Shown here in pieces: positions 1 through 14,230 of a stretch of 64,000 nucleotides of DNA; the first letter of the stretch is position 1; every line of letters begins with the position of its first letter. The position numbers and the translations under genes were made by a program. The notes below the pieces were generated by a model, which was given only the letters and a program-made list of their open reading frames with translations, did no database searches and had not been told where the DNA came from. Source of the DNA: Sphagnum compactum (lineage: Eukaryota); contig OZ234493.1 of assembly GCA_965153455.1 (NCBI GenBank), positions 15,800,213-15,864,212 on the forward strand, written 5' to 3'.

Positions 1-16
1 GATATATGAACTTTAC

Positions 17-800
17 CTGGTGGCCACCAAATTTAACAAATGTAACCTTATATTCAAGTAAAACAACAATCATTCAAAAATATAACACCCATGTAAAAAC
101 AATTTTGTCTCAAAAGATTCTTTTGCCTTGTGCCCAACAAGTGAAAATTATGTGTTATTCATTATTAAAGTTGGAAGTCAATGCAAAACAAAAATTGTTC
201 TTACTAAATTACAAAGAATTAAACATAGCATGAAACAATTCATCAATCACCATAATGCATATGGACCCAAACTTGTTTTTCATACAATAACAAAATCATT
301 AATAATTCCAAGCGGCTCAATGGCATAAAATAACAAAGAAAACACCTAGTGGCCACCAGGGATCAGGGTTAAGGTCAAAAATATAAGAATATTGATAGCA
401 AGTATCCAATTTTTTGTGATAAACAAAGTTTTCAATATTTTTTGGACTTTATGCCATGAAAGAAAAAAACAGATAATTAGTGGCCACCAAGAATGAAAGT
501 TAAAGTAAAACAAAAAAGACCATCAACCATTCACAATACATTTTAACTCAATGCCATCAAAGTTAACAATACACTAATGGTGGCAACTAAGGATTAAGGT
601 TAAGGTGTAACAACAAAGATCATTAATTATGACTGTCTAAGAATGTGCACAAAACTTTTTACGATGAAAAGATTGATTAAACAATACACTTTATCAAACA
701 CAAAAACATAAAACGATCATTAATAAATTCCAAGTTCTATGCCAAGAATGAGAAAAGAGGACGCCGAGTGGCCACTAGATATTAGGGTTAAAATGCAACA
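17..800. repeat. Dispersed degenerate motif TAGTGGCCACCAG..A.TAGGGTTAA (~5 copies), probably subterminal repeats of the adjacent transposon
   Basis: Copies near 17, 347, 479, 577 and 767; a related CCTAGTGG(C/T)CA.CATGTCATA occurs at ~7338 and ~9540. Confidence 0.5.
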
Positions 801-1089
801 AAAAAAAATTATTGATCAAGAATGTCCAAAAATATTCACAAATAATGTGTACCATGAATAAATTGATTAAAACACCATTGAGACCAATTTAATCATATAA
901 AAAGGCTCTGAAAAATCAAAAACATAATTTCCTCCATGTTCAAAACATCTTTCACACATTGTTAAATGCTTTAGCGGCATCAAGATTTACTTTAACCATG
1001 CTAACACAAGTAGCAAGAATAGAATTTTGACTATTGTTTGATATAATTTGGGCTAAAAATGAAAATAAAACAGATGAAATATCAAGCCA

Positions 1090-3170
1090 TTATTTTAGAT
1101 CTACAAAATTACATTTCCACTTGCCATTCCAGTAATCCTCATCCAAATTTTTGCCCTTCTTCATAAGAACCCACCATTGAACCCTCACCATTTTGAAAAA
1201 TGCACTTTCTTCATCACCTTGTGCTTTTCCAATCCAAGCAGAAAAAAGGCCAAGATCATGCGGCCTAAACGAAAACAAAATCCCCATCATTAAGATCTTT
1301 AAACAGGGTGTACACAGTTGAAGGCCTCATTTTCTTTGGCCCACAATAAAGGCATTGAATTGGGTCCTCTAGATCAACACCAACAATAGTGGTTGACAAT
1401 GAAGCCCTAGAATAGTTGGATCTCTAATTGCTTAATGACCAGATTCCCTCCAAAAGAATGGCACTTTGATAGGATAAGGTTTTAATGAATGTAACAAGAT
1501 ATCCTCCCAATACTTAACATAGTTCTTCATCTTCATTTCATAAGTTGCACTTTGTGTAATGCCAAGCTTCTAGAAATCAACATATTTCGAATAGACTAGC
1601 ACTAATGAACTTTTGTCTCTCAACAAACCTAAAAGGATCAATGCCCCAAATGGGGCAGTAAGGAACATGGCTAAGCACGCCCATAAGCAACTTTGGTGAC
1701 CCATTAAGATTAACTTTTCATAATTTTGATTGGAGGCATATCTACAAGACTCCAAATAGGATCTGTGGGAGAAACTTTATATTGCATAACAAGCCAACCC
1801 ATTGAATCAACAAAAAACCTGAAAAGATGCATATCAGTATGCCCTACCAAAGTCTCAAAACCATCCTTCAAACAACCTACCACCCAAAACTTAAAATCTG
1901 AAAACTCTTGAATCAATTGAGGAATAAATGGTTGCTCCTGGGAGACCATGAACGCCCTCATCAAATTAGCCAAAACATAATTATTTTGTTTTCTTAACTT
2001 CTTTGACAAATAATTAAAACATCCATCAATATCTTCATGTGTATGGCCAACAATAAGAAATCCTAGTTTCATTTCTTCAAACATATCCCTTGCAATTAAT
2101 AATGAAAGAAATGCAGCAAATGCTAATTTTTGTTGTCTTTCACGCAATTATCCATTTGGAGCAACAAATTTCTCGGCAAAGGTTTAGCACCAACAATTTT
2201 CTCCAACGTGCATAATTCACGTACACAATGCAATTTCCCTTGCAAAAGACAAGCAAAGAATGTGTTCTATGGGGGTTCTTCAAACAATAGTTTTGACTTT
2301 CCAACTAGGGCTACTTCCAAAGTGCGAAAGAGTTGCAACAAATATCCAATTGTGAAAGTAGGATCATTTGGCCACAACTAAGTCAAATATTGAGCATATC
2401 TCTCACCCCCATGTCCATGGGCTATCATACTTGTCAAAATAATAGGCAATTGTCCAAGCCTAGATATCATTTTGTTGCACACTTGCAACCTTGGAAAAAC
2501 ATTTCTTGCATGATCCATTTTGTCATGGATAACACATAGGAATTATTCCCTTAATCAAACAAACTTTGTCCTCCATGTATGATATAAATTTCATGTTTTT
2601 CCAATTTGGATATTAAATCCTTAAGGGATTCATAAATAGTACATTTTGCAAAAATTGACCCTCATTTTCGCACATCAACATTAAGATGGTGTCTATTTTC
2701 TAACCTACACATAACAGATTGGGAAATTTTTTTAATGCTTAACTCCTTACACTAACATAAATTAAACTAAACTTCAAGAAAAGATATGCCAAAATAACTG
2801 AATTTCTTTAAATATACAATCATTTCTCATTCACTACTAATCCAAATGACAATCCATCAATCCAATTACCTGATCACTTCGCTTTTGAAGACTTCTAAGA
2901 TTCAAGCAATAAATGTGGCACATTTTTTCGACCATTTCCAATGCCCTTCATTTGATGCGACATTGTATCCGCTATCAAGTCAATCAGTGATTGAACATTT
3001 GATTCCGCTTGCTTTGTTGACATTCCTAATTTATATGTACCCTTATTACCATGTGGTAGAAATTGGCAACCTCTTTTGTTATCAAATTTGTACAACATAT
3101 ACATTGACCTGGACACACCAACAATTTTGTACCAAACAAATTTGTAAATATCCACACCTTGCACAATGAG
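1090..3170 (-). mobile_element. Decayed DNA-transposon transposase remnant (DUF7869 / Sola-like DDD type), frameshifted with stops
   Basis: The minus strand reads LLLQMDNCVKDNKN (~2128-2170) and, after a frameshift, FLIVGHTHEDIDGCFNYLSKKL (ORF 1710..2147). The QxDNCxxxNKN...GHTHEDID motif pair is typical of this transposase class. Flanking fragments (2895..3164, 1090..1290) are broken. Boundaries are approximate. Confidence 0.7.
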
Positions 3171-4236
3171 AAACTTCCGTTGTTTAATGTCTCCTCATGT
3201 ATGCAACCTTTTTGGGATATCTAATTTGTAAACTCTCCGATCCCCAAACAACAAACTCTAGTACTCTTGCCTCAAGAACAACGTCTTTTCCCAAAGGTTC
3301 TTAGCATGTAACCCTAAACCCAACTTCACATATCCTTTATAACATTTGTCTTCACTTTCTTGTCTAATCACTTATTCCTGTTGCTCCAGATTTTTCTCTA
3401 GAATTTCCTTGTCTTCTCTCTTGTCATCTCTTACCTCAATTTCTTCCTCACTTTTTTTTTATTGTTAAAATCAAATCCAAACCCCTCAATAAAATATTTT
3501 GCACAATCGTCCAAGGTATAACACATTGTCGAATTAATCTCCCTGTCATGAAAACCATTTCGCACATCTCCCGAATCTTCAACTTCATCAACATCCTCTA
3601 AAAGGACTTCGAATAAATCCTTCTCACAGCATAAAACTTGTTTTTTTCCCCCAAATTATTACAACCGGGTGAAAGCACATTAGGGTGTCACAATTTCAGC
3701 GGATTAGAGTCCCTTTTCAAAGTCCTTTTTTAATGTAGTTAAAAATTGGCTTAAATATGAATATTTAGATGATATTGTAAGTAACATTTTTTTCCATTTC
3801 CAATTTCAAATCATGATGTTATATGACATATTAAAAATATCACAAAAGATTTTTTTTAAATGCTTAAAAAGCTTTTAAAATAATTACAATTTTTGGGATT
3901 TTAAAAGTCCATAACATAATAAATTAAAATCACATTCCATTCATTCAATGGATATTTAATTTTTTAAACATGATTCATGCAATATCACAAAGGCTCAAAC
4001 ATATAAGACTAACACATTATAAAATAAAAATCCATATCCATGAGTTTTGTAGGTGTGACAAAAAATGTGGGCAAAATTCAAAAGTCCTTAACTTATTAGT
4101 TATCCATGATTTTGATTTTTTTTTTTCATTCTTGGAAGGTTGATTATGATAGTTTTAGATTAGTGAGTCCTTTTTTTTATTATTTCAATGAATTTTATTT
4201 AATTTATTTTCTTATATCTAGGGAATATAGGAAAAA

Positions 4237-4610
4237 CTACCATTGTGACGTCCATATGAGGTCACCGTAGTGTGCAAACACCCAACCGTTTGTAATAGCA
4301 CAATATTGTTTTAACTCCATAGGAATCATATTATCCACGAATAAATCCTTCAAGGGCCATAATACTTCCATTCCAACAATTGACCCGAAATACCTAGCAA
4401 TTAGTGTTGGGTTAAAATGCTTATGCTCCTCACAAGTGTCAAACACACCTTCGACTAAAACCACTATACAAGTCTCTTCCCCGGAAGCAACATATATCGG
4501 AATAAGAAATGGATCTCTTCAAGGTCCAAATTCTATCTTCACCTTTTCACTCTCGCATGAATCCCAAATGTCAATGCTGCTCCCAAATATGATTCCATCA
4601 ACCATATCTT
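4237..4610 (-). pseudogene. Possible decayed transposon accessory ORF (ends ...FGSIVGMEVLWPLKDL, resembling Tnp1/En-Spm-like C-terminal motifs)
   Basis: ORF 4237..4464 extends upstream through an in-frame stop; it lies next to the transposase remnant. Family resemblance is from memory of a weak motif only. Confidence 0.3.
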
Positions 4611-7600
4611 GGGAGAATAATAAACAACACGGAATCAAAATCAATCTCATCAACATACACCAAACACCCAATTAATGTGTAAACCATTTTAGCTATTCTA
4701 AAAAGAAAGCATTAGGATTACCCTCATTTTAAATGGCGTCTAGCAGGTCGATTCACTCAAAATATATGCCTGCCAGACTTTTTCCATCCTTCAAAATCAA
4801 AAAAATGCACGACACTCGCCACATGTTTTTCCATCCTTCAAAATTCGAAAAATGTTCAACACCCCCCATGCATTTTTCCATCATTCAAAATTAGAAAAAC
4901 ATCTAGCGCCCACGAAGCATTTTTCCATAGTTCAAAATCTAGTAAATTGTTGCTATTGCCAAGTGTTTTTGCATTTCTCTACCCGATATGCAATTCATCG
5001 AAAAACAAATTCAACAAAATGTTTTTCAAAAATTAAAATTAAAAAAAATTGAGAAAGTATCACTTTTCAACTCCAAAACATGCCTTAATTCTATAATAAT
5101 GCATGCTAAATCAAGGATGTCATCAAATTGAACTATTGAAATCATATGTGAAATATTTATTGTAGATATAATCATGTTATTTATGTTAATAGGGAGTTAT
5201 CAATTGCGAATTTCCATATCTTTGATGATATGTGGAATATCTATAGTAAAATATATAGTCATGTTATTGTTGTTAACAAAGAATTATCAATTATAATTTT
5301 TCCATTCTTTGATGAATCATGCTTCATTTTACTATAAACAACCTTGTAAATCTCATAGTTGAATCCAAAAAAAAATTAAGAATACAATGTCTCCAATAAC
5401 CCAGAATATGTAAGAACAATCAAGTTATGGCCATGAATATCAAAAGCCCCTACTCTAATGTAAGAAGTTTAACATTTCTAAATGCAAGATGAAAAGTTTG
5501 TTCGAAGTTATTTTACAGCTATGAGGATTGTGAAACATGTAGTGTTTATTGGACCTTCAAGACGTAGGCTTTTAAAATTCGTACCTTGCATATATGAACT
5601 ATAGCTTCCTAGATCACAGTTTTCAAATCTAATTCTTTGGGTTGTCAACACAACTTCTAGATGACATCTTGATTCCAGAAACGAATCAGTTGTTTAGCTT
5701 TGAACATTATTTGGATTTTTACAAAGCTCAATGTAATTACAAATTGGTAATATGTTTGTATCGCTTTATTGACATCATTGATGTGAACATGAGATTACTA
5801 CAAAATTCGAAAAAAATTACAAGGAAATGTTTTTGTGGACTATCGATGTTTAGTGAATTCCCCATAGTTGTGTTTAAGTCGAAATGTCCTATTCATGCTT
5901 ATAATGGTTTTGCGCCCCCTACTTGTCAAGGATCTTTGTTAAGGAGATTGGAAAGATGATTGCATGTTCAACGACTATTGGAAAGTGCATCATTGTTAAT
6001 AAAAAACACATACGACATTGAAGAAAAAAAGATAGGAATCTCAAGTTTGCAAATTAGAAATATCATAAAATGTAGGGAAGGAGAATGAGGTGAGATGTGG
6101 AACTTGAAACCTAAAAGCGCAAATGCTCGATGTTGTTTTGTGCAATTATCGAAGTACTCTTGATACCAACTTGGTTGGGTAGAGGGAGGAAATCGCTATT
6201 CCACTTTTCATGTAACATATTATAGGAAAAGAAATCGTCATCAAATGGTAGAATAATCGAGGTGTTGTTGTCACAATTCATTGTTGTAATCTTTCATTTC
6301 TACTCTAGTATTCCACATTCAGGCACACCTTGAGCTTTTGGATGAATGATTTTCGTCATTGCAATAAAACATTCTAGAACCTCTACTTATCTAAATTCAT
6401 TAACTAACTATATAAATTTCATGAATTTGCTCAAATAATTTAGATTGTATTTTTTTCAATTTTAATGCAAAATTTACTATATATTATTTGCATTATCAAC
6501 AACTATCAAAATAATTGTCCAACTACTTTACATAATTTAAATAATCATTCTACATAATTAATTCACCCATTCATCTAGTATTTTACATTTGTACCTAGCT
6601 ATTTGCCTACCTATGGTTATGTAATGACGTACCTATATATATGTGTTCCATAATTATATTCATATGCCATCTGGCAAGATATAGGTGAACATATTTTATA
6701 AATATGTTCAATATTTGATAAGCATTAAAAAATATTTCTTACTCCAATATTAAAAAAAAATTAAACGAAGGTCCAAATATCTTGCATTTTTAGGGAACAA
6801 CATCCAAATTGCCAAATTTTAAGAATAATGGGAAAAATAGCAATTTCTAGTGAAAAGTTGCAAAATGTTCGGAATATTTCTTGTAAAATCAAACATTATA
6901 TGTACCCAAATCCTACTAAACGGTTGTTCATGAAATCTCCAATTTCCAACATCACAAGATCAACTTTTTGGAACTTCCACATATTAGGCTTTAGGTTGTT
7001 AAAAATAGATGGCATTCAAATGTACAATTGTTCCATCATTATTCTTGGAATGGAAACTCCACTCTCAATTATCAACCTCACTATTACAACAAAGGTATGA
7101 GTTAAACAAAAACATGTTAGATAATTAATTATCAAAAAAATTTATTTTCTAAATTAATTTACAAAATAATTATTTAAATTTTCTTAATGAATTTATATTA
7201 ATGTATTTTAATTCAATTTAACTAATTAATTCATGATGATTTTAATTCAATTGATTTAATTAATTTTATTATGAATTATTAAGTAATGAATTTGAATTTG
7301 AATATATGACTTTGTTTATTTTCTAGTTAATAATGCCCTAGTGGCCACCATGTCATATATAGAAATGATATGCCTATTGAAAAAATTAACTTGCGCATGT
7401 CCACAAGGGGATGTACGTATGTCTTGTGCATGTATGTATTTATATGTAAATATCTTTGGACACATGTGTTTTTGTATGTGTTTTTTATTGTATGATATTT
7501 ATTTATTTATATGTATTCTAATATGTACCTTTGTATGTTTATTATTCGTGTTTATGTGGATATGTTTGTGTGTTTTTATATAAAAAAATAAACATATTCT

Positions 7601-7774
7601 AGACATGAATTTCAAACTAAAATACATAGTAGTACTTTAATTAATTAATTAATTAATTTCCTCTTTTAATGTATTTGACTATAAGAACTTCATTTTTTTA
7701 ATAATGGGAATTTTTTTGCATTTCTTATTTTTGTGAAACATAGAAATGGATCGTATATGTTTGAAGTGAATGAT

Positions 7775-8690
7775 TGACGCACTCCCAAGCTCCTTGATAG
7801 ACTCAAATGTGAGTCTAAAGCAAAAACAGCAAAAGGATAAGAGGTCGAGGCATGCTCACTGGCTCGCAACATTTCGAGGGTAGAGGGGCGTGCTAGAGCT
7901 TCGGGATGGGGACTAGGACTAGTGACAAGCAGGTCAATTAATCACATGGACCTACACAAACCAAACAACAAGTTGGTTAATGCATAGTTGTAGCACTTTT
8001 GGTGCACAGACTCACCACGGGCAAACACGGACTCACAAGACTCACCACGGCCCAGACTTGGGGGAAGCCACCACCTTTCCCCTTATATTATTTTGTGTGC
8101 CTGGCCACAGAACTAGCACCCAAATGTCATTTTTTTCCCAAGACTCCCAAGTTGGAGTCCTAAAATTCTCGAAATTGAGACTCTCGCAACTTTGGAAGCC
8201 CATAACTTTGAGTGCAGACCTCCAACTGAGGTGAGGTCTAAAGCAAAGTTGTATCCTCGTTGAAAGCTTTCCATAGATATGTGACACGTCACCTGTACAC
8301 AAGGAAATCAGGGTGATTCTTGACTTTTAGTGGTCGGGAGTCAAATTGGCAATTTGACTCTCGGTGCTTCTTTTGGCCATAACTTATGTTTTAAGTGCCT
8401 AAATGGGTCATGCAAGCCCATTTTAGACATCTACGTTCCAAGAGCTTTCCAATGATATGAGGAACTTTTCAATCCAATATGTTTTGACCCCTACAATTGC
8501 CCTCTAAAAATTTTGGAGTCCATTGGGACTCCAACTCCCAAAGTGGGAGTTCACGTGGGAGTGTGGGGTTCATTCCCTCACACTCTTCTGCACTCCCAGG
8601 AGCATAAAATGTGACTCCCGAGCTTCACTTTTGGCCCGCACCTTCGCAAGCCCTTGCCTTGGTCACGAGCCCAAGGCTAGGGTTGCGACA
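7775..8690. mobile_element. Solo LTR (916 bp) of an LTR retrotransposon
   Basis: Starts TGACGCA (7775) and ends TGCGACA (8690): TG...CA termini with a 7-bp inverted repeat (1 mismatch). Flanked by a 5-bp TSD, ATGAT (7770-7774) / ATGAC (8691-8695). GC content is higher than the flanks; no gag/pol. Confidence 0.85.
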
Positions 8691-11600
8691 ATGACCTACA
8701 ATTATGTTTTTAATTTATTGAAAATAAAAGTAGTATCCAAGTTTTCTACATTCCTAAATGGTTTGTATGTGGTTATATATATGTTTACTTTGTGTGTATA
8801 TATATATATCTAAATATGTATATCAATAATAATGCCAAGTTAACACAAAAAAATGGAATGCAACAGTATATACAAAAATATTGTTCCCATGTGCTAAAAA
8901 TCGAACATTAGCATTGGGATTGTGTATATTTGTTTCATTCCCTTTTTTTGTGTTAACTTGGCATTTTACCTAATTGGGATAAAAATATTGTTACTCTCTT
9001 TAGGTATAATAGGTGTAGAAAATTGCCTTCTATATGTTTAGCATCAAGTTGGTTAATGGTGAAATCAATGAAAGCACTACTTAGTGGCTCAGTGGGAAGC
9101 CAACAAGAATAGTAAACATTTAAATCAAAGATTTTATGATGTGCAAGTTCTTGAACAAGGAGAGATCCTCAATTTGGTGAAGAGATATGAGGGCTTGAAG
9201 GACCCCATGTAATATTTTGTCACGAAATAACATATGGACTCAAATTTGCTTAGATAATGACAAGTCAAATGTCTTTTTTGAGTTTTCATGAATTACAAGA
9301 CTTTTTGTATATTGAGCGAGAAAGCCTTGTAAATGTGTATCCATAATACTTTTAATTGTATTAATATCCTTAAAATGTTGTTGATGATATAACTTGTCCT
9401 TCTTTTACATTGAATTTGGAGTATACTACTTTTTATGTCTACTTTACCATGGTTTTGCTTGGTCATACAGTCTAAGCTATAGGATCACTATAAGTTGCAT
9501 TGAATTTTCCAAGGTGTTTTTTCTTTTTAAAATTAACCCCCTAGTGGTCAGCATGTCATATTAATTATTTATGTTATTTAGGTGAATCATATTTTGGTTT
9601 GGATGTGGACTTGTACCATTCAAAATATTTTTATGTTATGTGTTGTAGGTGTGAAGATAGCAATGGATGCGAACACAATAACATGAGCCACACTCATCCG
9701 TTTGGGACTGCAAACACAAAAGTACTCCTTTAGGGCAACAAGCTTGTACAATGTGTGAATTATGATTGAGCCAAGATGATTTGCCATTGAAGCATCGACA
9801 ATTGACCCCACAAGTTATTACAATGTGCATTGTGAATTGTGCACAATGGAAAACATTTTGCATTCAAGGCTCAAGCATTGGCGAATAAAGAGTGATCCCA
9901 ATGGAACTACACAATAAATTGGCAATACATCATCACATCAAATAGTCCGGTCCAGTGAAAGGAATGGACAAGCATGAGTAGAGCATTGGGAAGTCTCACA
10001 CATAGTCAAGGAATGATGTTGGAAACAATGTTTTTCATGTTTTCATGAAAGGCCTTTTTTTGACAACAAATATGTGACCATTTGGCAAAATCAACAAGTT
10101 ACAATGTTGCCAATTGACAACGCACATTGAGTCATAAAGGTTTAGGGTGGCAAATTTAGGTTTTCGTTTTGACAATATCTAACCCATCCTAAGCTGCAAA
10201 GTGAAAGTATCTGAGTCTAGGTGCATCATGACTACTTGTGAGCTTCATCATAAGCATATCAATGACATCCACCACAACCACTCATCCCAACTAGGGAAAA
10301 GACAAGATGCTAAATAATCCCCCAACGAGCACTATCCAAACAATAGTGTGGAACTCTATGCCAAAGCCATGTGGTTTAGTGTAGGGTTTGACTAACATAT
10401 TAACTTAGTTCTAGGTTCAAAAAAACACTACACTAATTATATTCATTGTTCAAATGTAAGCTAATCATATATATCCTCACATTTTCTCTTGAAAGATGGT
10501 GGGTTCGAAATTGATTTCAGACCAAAAACACGAGCAAAACCATGCTAAAGCCATGAACTATACATAAAACCACCCAAGGCACAAAATGACAAACCTGGAG
10601 AGAGCTTGTTATAATACTCTAATAAAGAAAAGCCTACAAAAGTACAAGAACAAGATCCAAAACTTAGTTTACATTTATGATATCTAACATTCACCAAGGC
10701 TTAACAAGGTGCCCATAGACCATCACATCTCACTCTATGTCTCACACCATGCACAGGGATGATTATGTACCAGAGAATGTGCCCCGCTTGGCTGATTCTT
10801 CTACGCAAGGGGTTCCTAGGCAAGCCCAGCAGGGTGAGCCTGGTCACCATGAGCCTAGCAGAATCAGCTACCAAGGGCACATTCCATGGCATAAATGCCA
10901 GGTTTCTTGGCATAAATGTCAAGGGAAAACTCACTATTCTTCAGTTATGGTTGATTGAGTTACAAAGGTACCACAACTCTATCATCCATTCTGCATGGTG
11001 TGCTGGTGGGTGCTTGTTTGTTCACACTGGCCCCACATTGGGTGCTTGTCCATGGTCTAGAGTCTGGATCCTCTGTTAATAATATGCTGCAAAAATTAGT
11101 GGGGTTGGAGCTTGGGGTCGGTGGTGGATGATTGTAAGTGTTTCAAGGATTGGAATATTCACCACACTTAGTGTGTGGGTGTCCTGGGTGGAAAGGTGAG
11201 TAGGTACTGGGGCAACAACAAAGGCTGCCTCCTCCCCTTTAGGAAAAAGAAAAGGCTGTCTAAAGTAAGTGTCCAGTTCTGATGGCAGATCATATGATAC
11301 AAAGGACTAGGGTGGGGAGGGGGCCAAATGGGTGGGGCAGTGAGTGAGTAGGTGGGTCTCAAAAACAAAGGCTCCAATGAAATTAGCCCCTATGGAAAAA
11401 GCCTGATCTCCATACACCCATCATGTCTATGGAGCTTGGGTTTTGAAAGCTTGACCGAGCACCCATGGTGCACCATACATTGGAAACCTACTTCAACTCA
11501 GTTGTGAATGAATCATAATTGAATTTTACCTAGGTAAGTGGAACCTTGGTAACCTATGCTGTAAACCCTCCGACTTCCACAAACATTACCTACATAAGAG

Positions 11601-13439
11601 TTCAAGTATCATATGTAAGTGGTTGCTTTAACGTGGGTACGGAAGGTAAGGCATTTGGTGGGTATTGGGTGCCTAGATACATGTGGATGGTTAGTACATA
11701 GCTACCCATCATGGGGAGCTATAGGACATGAATACAATGAAAAAGTGTTTTCATTGTAATAGAGTTATCAAGAAAGTCACCCTGTCTTTGGACCTGCTTT
11801 CACCCCCCTATCCCCTCTTCCGTGGTATCCACAAAGTAAGGAAATTTTATTAAATCTCAGAAGGTTCGAGAGTAATTATAGTAATTAGAAAGGAGCAAGT
11901 GGAGGCGCTCAGGAAAAACAGGATGAAACTCAATTTACCACCAAAATTGCAGGAAAAACTAGTCTGGTTCCAAGTCGCTTTGTTTTGTAAAATTTTCATT
12001 CCCAGTTCCACCTTTGATGCCCTATTATGCTGAAACTACAGTTCTTGCCCCCTAGTCGCGGGACTTTATGGATAACCGTAATCACTACTCAATTTTCCAT
12101 GTGAGATAGGTCTACATTAAGGTCACTTTTGTGTTCACCAAATTGAGGAGAAAACTAACTATTAAAATAATCAAGTTATCGTCTAGTTGCTAATACTCAA
12201 CTGCTATTATGCGCACATTTGCTTGACTGATTCCTTGCATTTTACAAGCACTTTGTAATTGTACTGAATTGTCAAAGGGGTCCCATGACGATGTAGATTA
12301 CCATTCTTGTACTTTAAGCCCTATTCGGAAAGTCCAACTGATGACTTTTGAGCCCAATTGTGAAGTCATCAATTGCTCTCTACACACGCTAACTAGGCAA
12401 TGTCCAAAGTTTGCCAAGTTCACCAAGTTTCTCATGGCCACATCCTGACATCAGAAAGTTCCATTTTGCCAAGCCATCAAAGTCCATGGTCTCAAACTTC
12501 CAAATCACCATGTCGTCATTTCCATATCCTTGATCCCAAAGTTCTCATTTTGTCAATTCACAATCCACTTTTTTGTAAACTTCCCAATTGTGCCCAATTT
12601 CTTCTCCTCTACCCAAACTTCAATTCAGATCTAAAAATTATGAGAGCCGAAATGAGAGGTATTAATGAAAATCAGGCGACAATGGTTTCATGTCTAAAAT
12701 TGCTTATAGAACATAGGAAGAGAAAGATTGCCAAAAAAAACAGACGAGACGAGAGTATGTTCCTTTTTTTTCTTGCTTGTAAAAATACAGAAAGCTTTGC
12801 TGGGCATTCAGAGCCTCAATCTATCAAGGAAGATAGATTACCAAGAGCTTTGTACACTGCCAACAATAACAACAACAACCCACCAACAACTATCCTGAAG
12901 TTCAAGCCCCTGCAAAAGAACTGAATGGGTAGCTAGGAAACAACAAGACCTAGAGAGACAAATGGGGGGCAATTTTTCCAAATCAGGCAGAAAAAGAAGA
13001 ACACACACACCTCAGGTGGTGGGGTAACAAATGATGAATCATTTTGTTTTTTTAAGGTGTTCTTTTCCTGCTTGATGAAGGCAAAAAAGAAATTATTTCA
13101 CAAAGTGATGAAACAAATGGATAAAAAATTGATCTTCACAAACCCCAAAAAAATTACACTGCCCATGCATGTGCATGCGTGTGTGTGTGCATGCTTCCAC
13201 TTTTGATGCAACAAAAGCAAGAGTATGCTCAGAAATTTCTGGACGAGGGACACAAAACTCAAATTGCCCCTTATTGAATCTTCATGTGAATGTAGTAACA
13301 TGAATCCAGCAAGAAAAACACGAACCTCTTCCTCCTCCTCCTCCTTCCCTTTTCTCAACAGGGACAAGCAAAACCAAATGCGCATTCATTGTTGATCTTT
13401 CAATCTGCAACAACCCAAAAACAATAAAAACTTAAATTG

Positions 13440-13900
13440 CCAATTCAATCTCTTCTATGTGAAAGCTCAATCTTCTTCCCAAGTTCACAACAATGCAAAA
13501 AGCACCAAGAAAAACAAGCTGAAAAACCAGAGAAAAAAAATTCACCAATTCAATCTCTTTGACATGAAAGCTTGGTCTTCTCTTCCCAAGTTCACAATAA
13601 TGCCAAAAACACTGGAAAAAAATCCAAGAAAGCATTAATCTGCTTCTTCCAAGGTTCACAATGATGCAGGGAAAAAAAACATAGAGAAAAACAAACAAGC
13701 TCCAAAACCCACAAGAGAAGCACAAGAAAAGCATTGTGCTTCTTCTTCCAACAAACTTCACAACAATGCCTCCAAATAATTTAAATAAAATTCATTGAAA
13801 AGAAAAAACCCCAAGAAAAACAAGCTGCAAAAACCACAAGAGAAAGACAAGAAGAAAGCTTAATCCTCTGCCAAGGTTCACAACAATGCAAAAACAAACA
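13440..13900. repeat. Degenerate tandem repeat (core TCTTC..CCAAG(G)TTCACAA.AATGC, ~5 copies) in the predicted 3'-UTR intron of the DUF1191 gene
   Basis: Core recurs near 13470, 13580, 13642, 13742 and 13865, separated by A-rich linkers. Confidence 0.6.
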
Positions 13901-14230
13901 CTGCCAAAACCAAACAAAACAATAGCACTGAAACCAACAAAATCAGGAAGGAAAAGAAAAGAAGCAAGCATTCAGATTCTCTGAAGATTGACCTTTCCTT
14001 CCAGGTTCTCCTCTTGTTGATCTTCTTCTTAGTCTTCTTTTTCATGGTTTTCCAAACAGACATCGAGGAAGTTCTTGTTGCAAGTACCTTCAAATCTCAT
14101 TCAAGGCACTCCTGCTCAAGAATCAAGCAAGCAACGAATTGAATTGAGAGCTTGAAAGAAGGCCAGGAGGGAATGAAAAAAATTCTCCAAATACCTAAAA
14201 TAATGTCAACCAGCTTGATCAATGTCTCAT

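Noticed and set aside
9767-9786. TGAGCCAAGATGATTTGCCA resembles miR169 (UGAGCCAAGGAUGACUUGCCG)
   Set aside because: It has a deletion and substitutions, and no complementary star arm is nearby. The opposite strand (MANHLGSIIIHTLYK) weakly resembles a decayed PIF1/Helitron helicase motif, but too weakly to call.
10700-11080. GC-richer island with three overlapping ORFs (73-106 aa)
   Set aside because: No recognisable domain or consistent splice structure. It may be a gene fragment; BLASTX would be needed.
12400-12924. 174-aa plus-strand ORF
   Set aside because: No domain signature; it lies in or near the 3' flank of the minus-strand DUF1191 gene and is likely a chance ORF.
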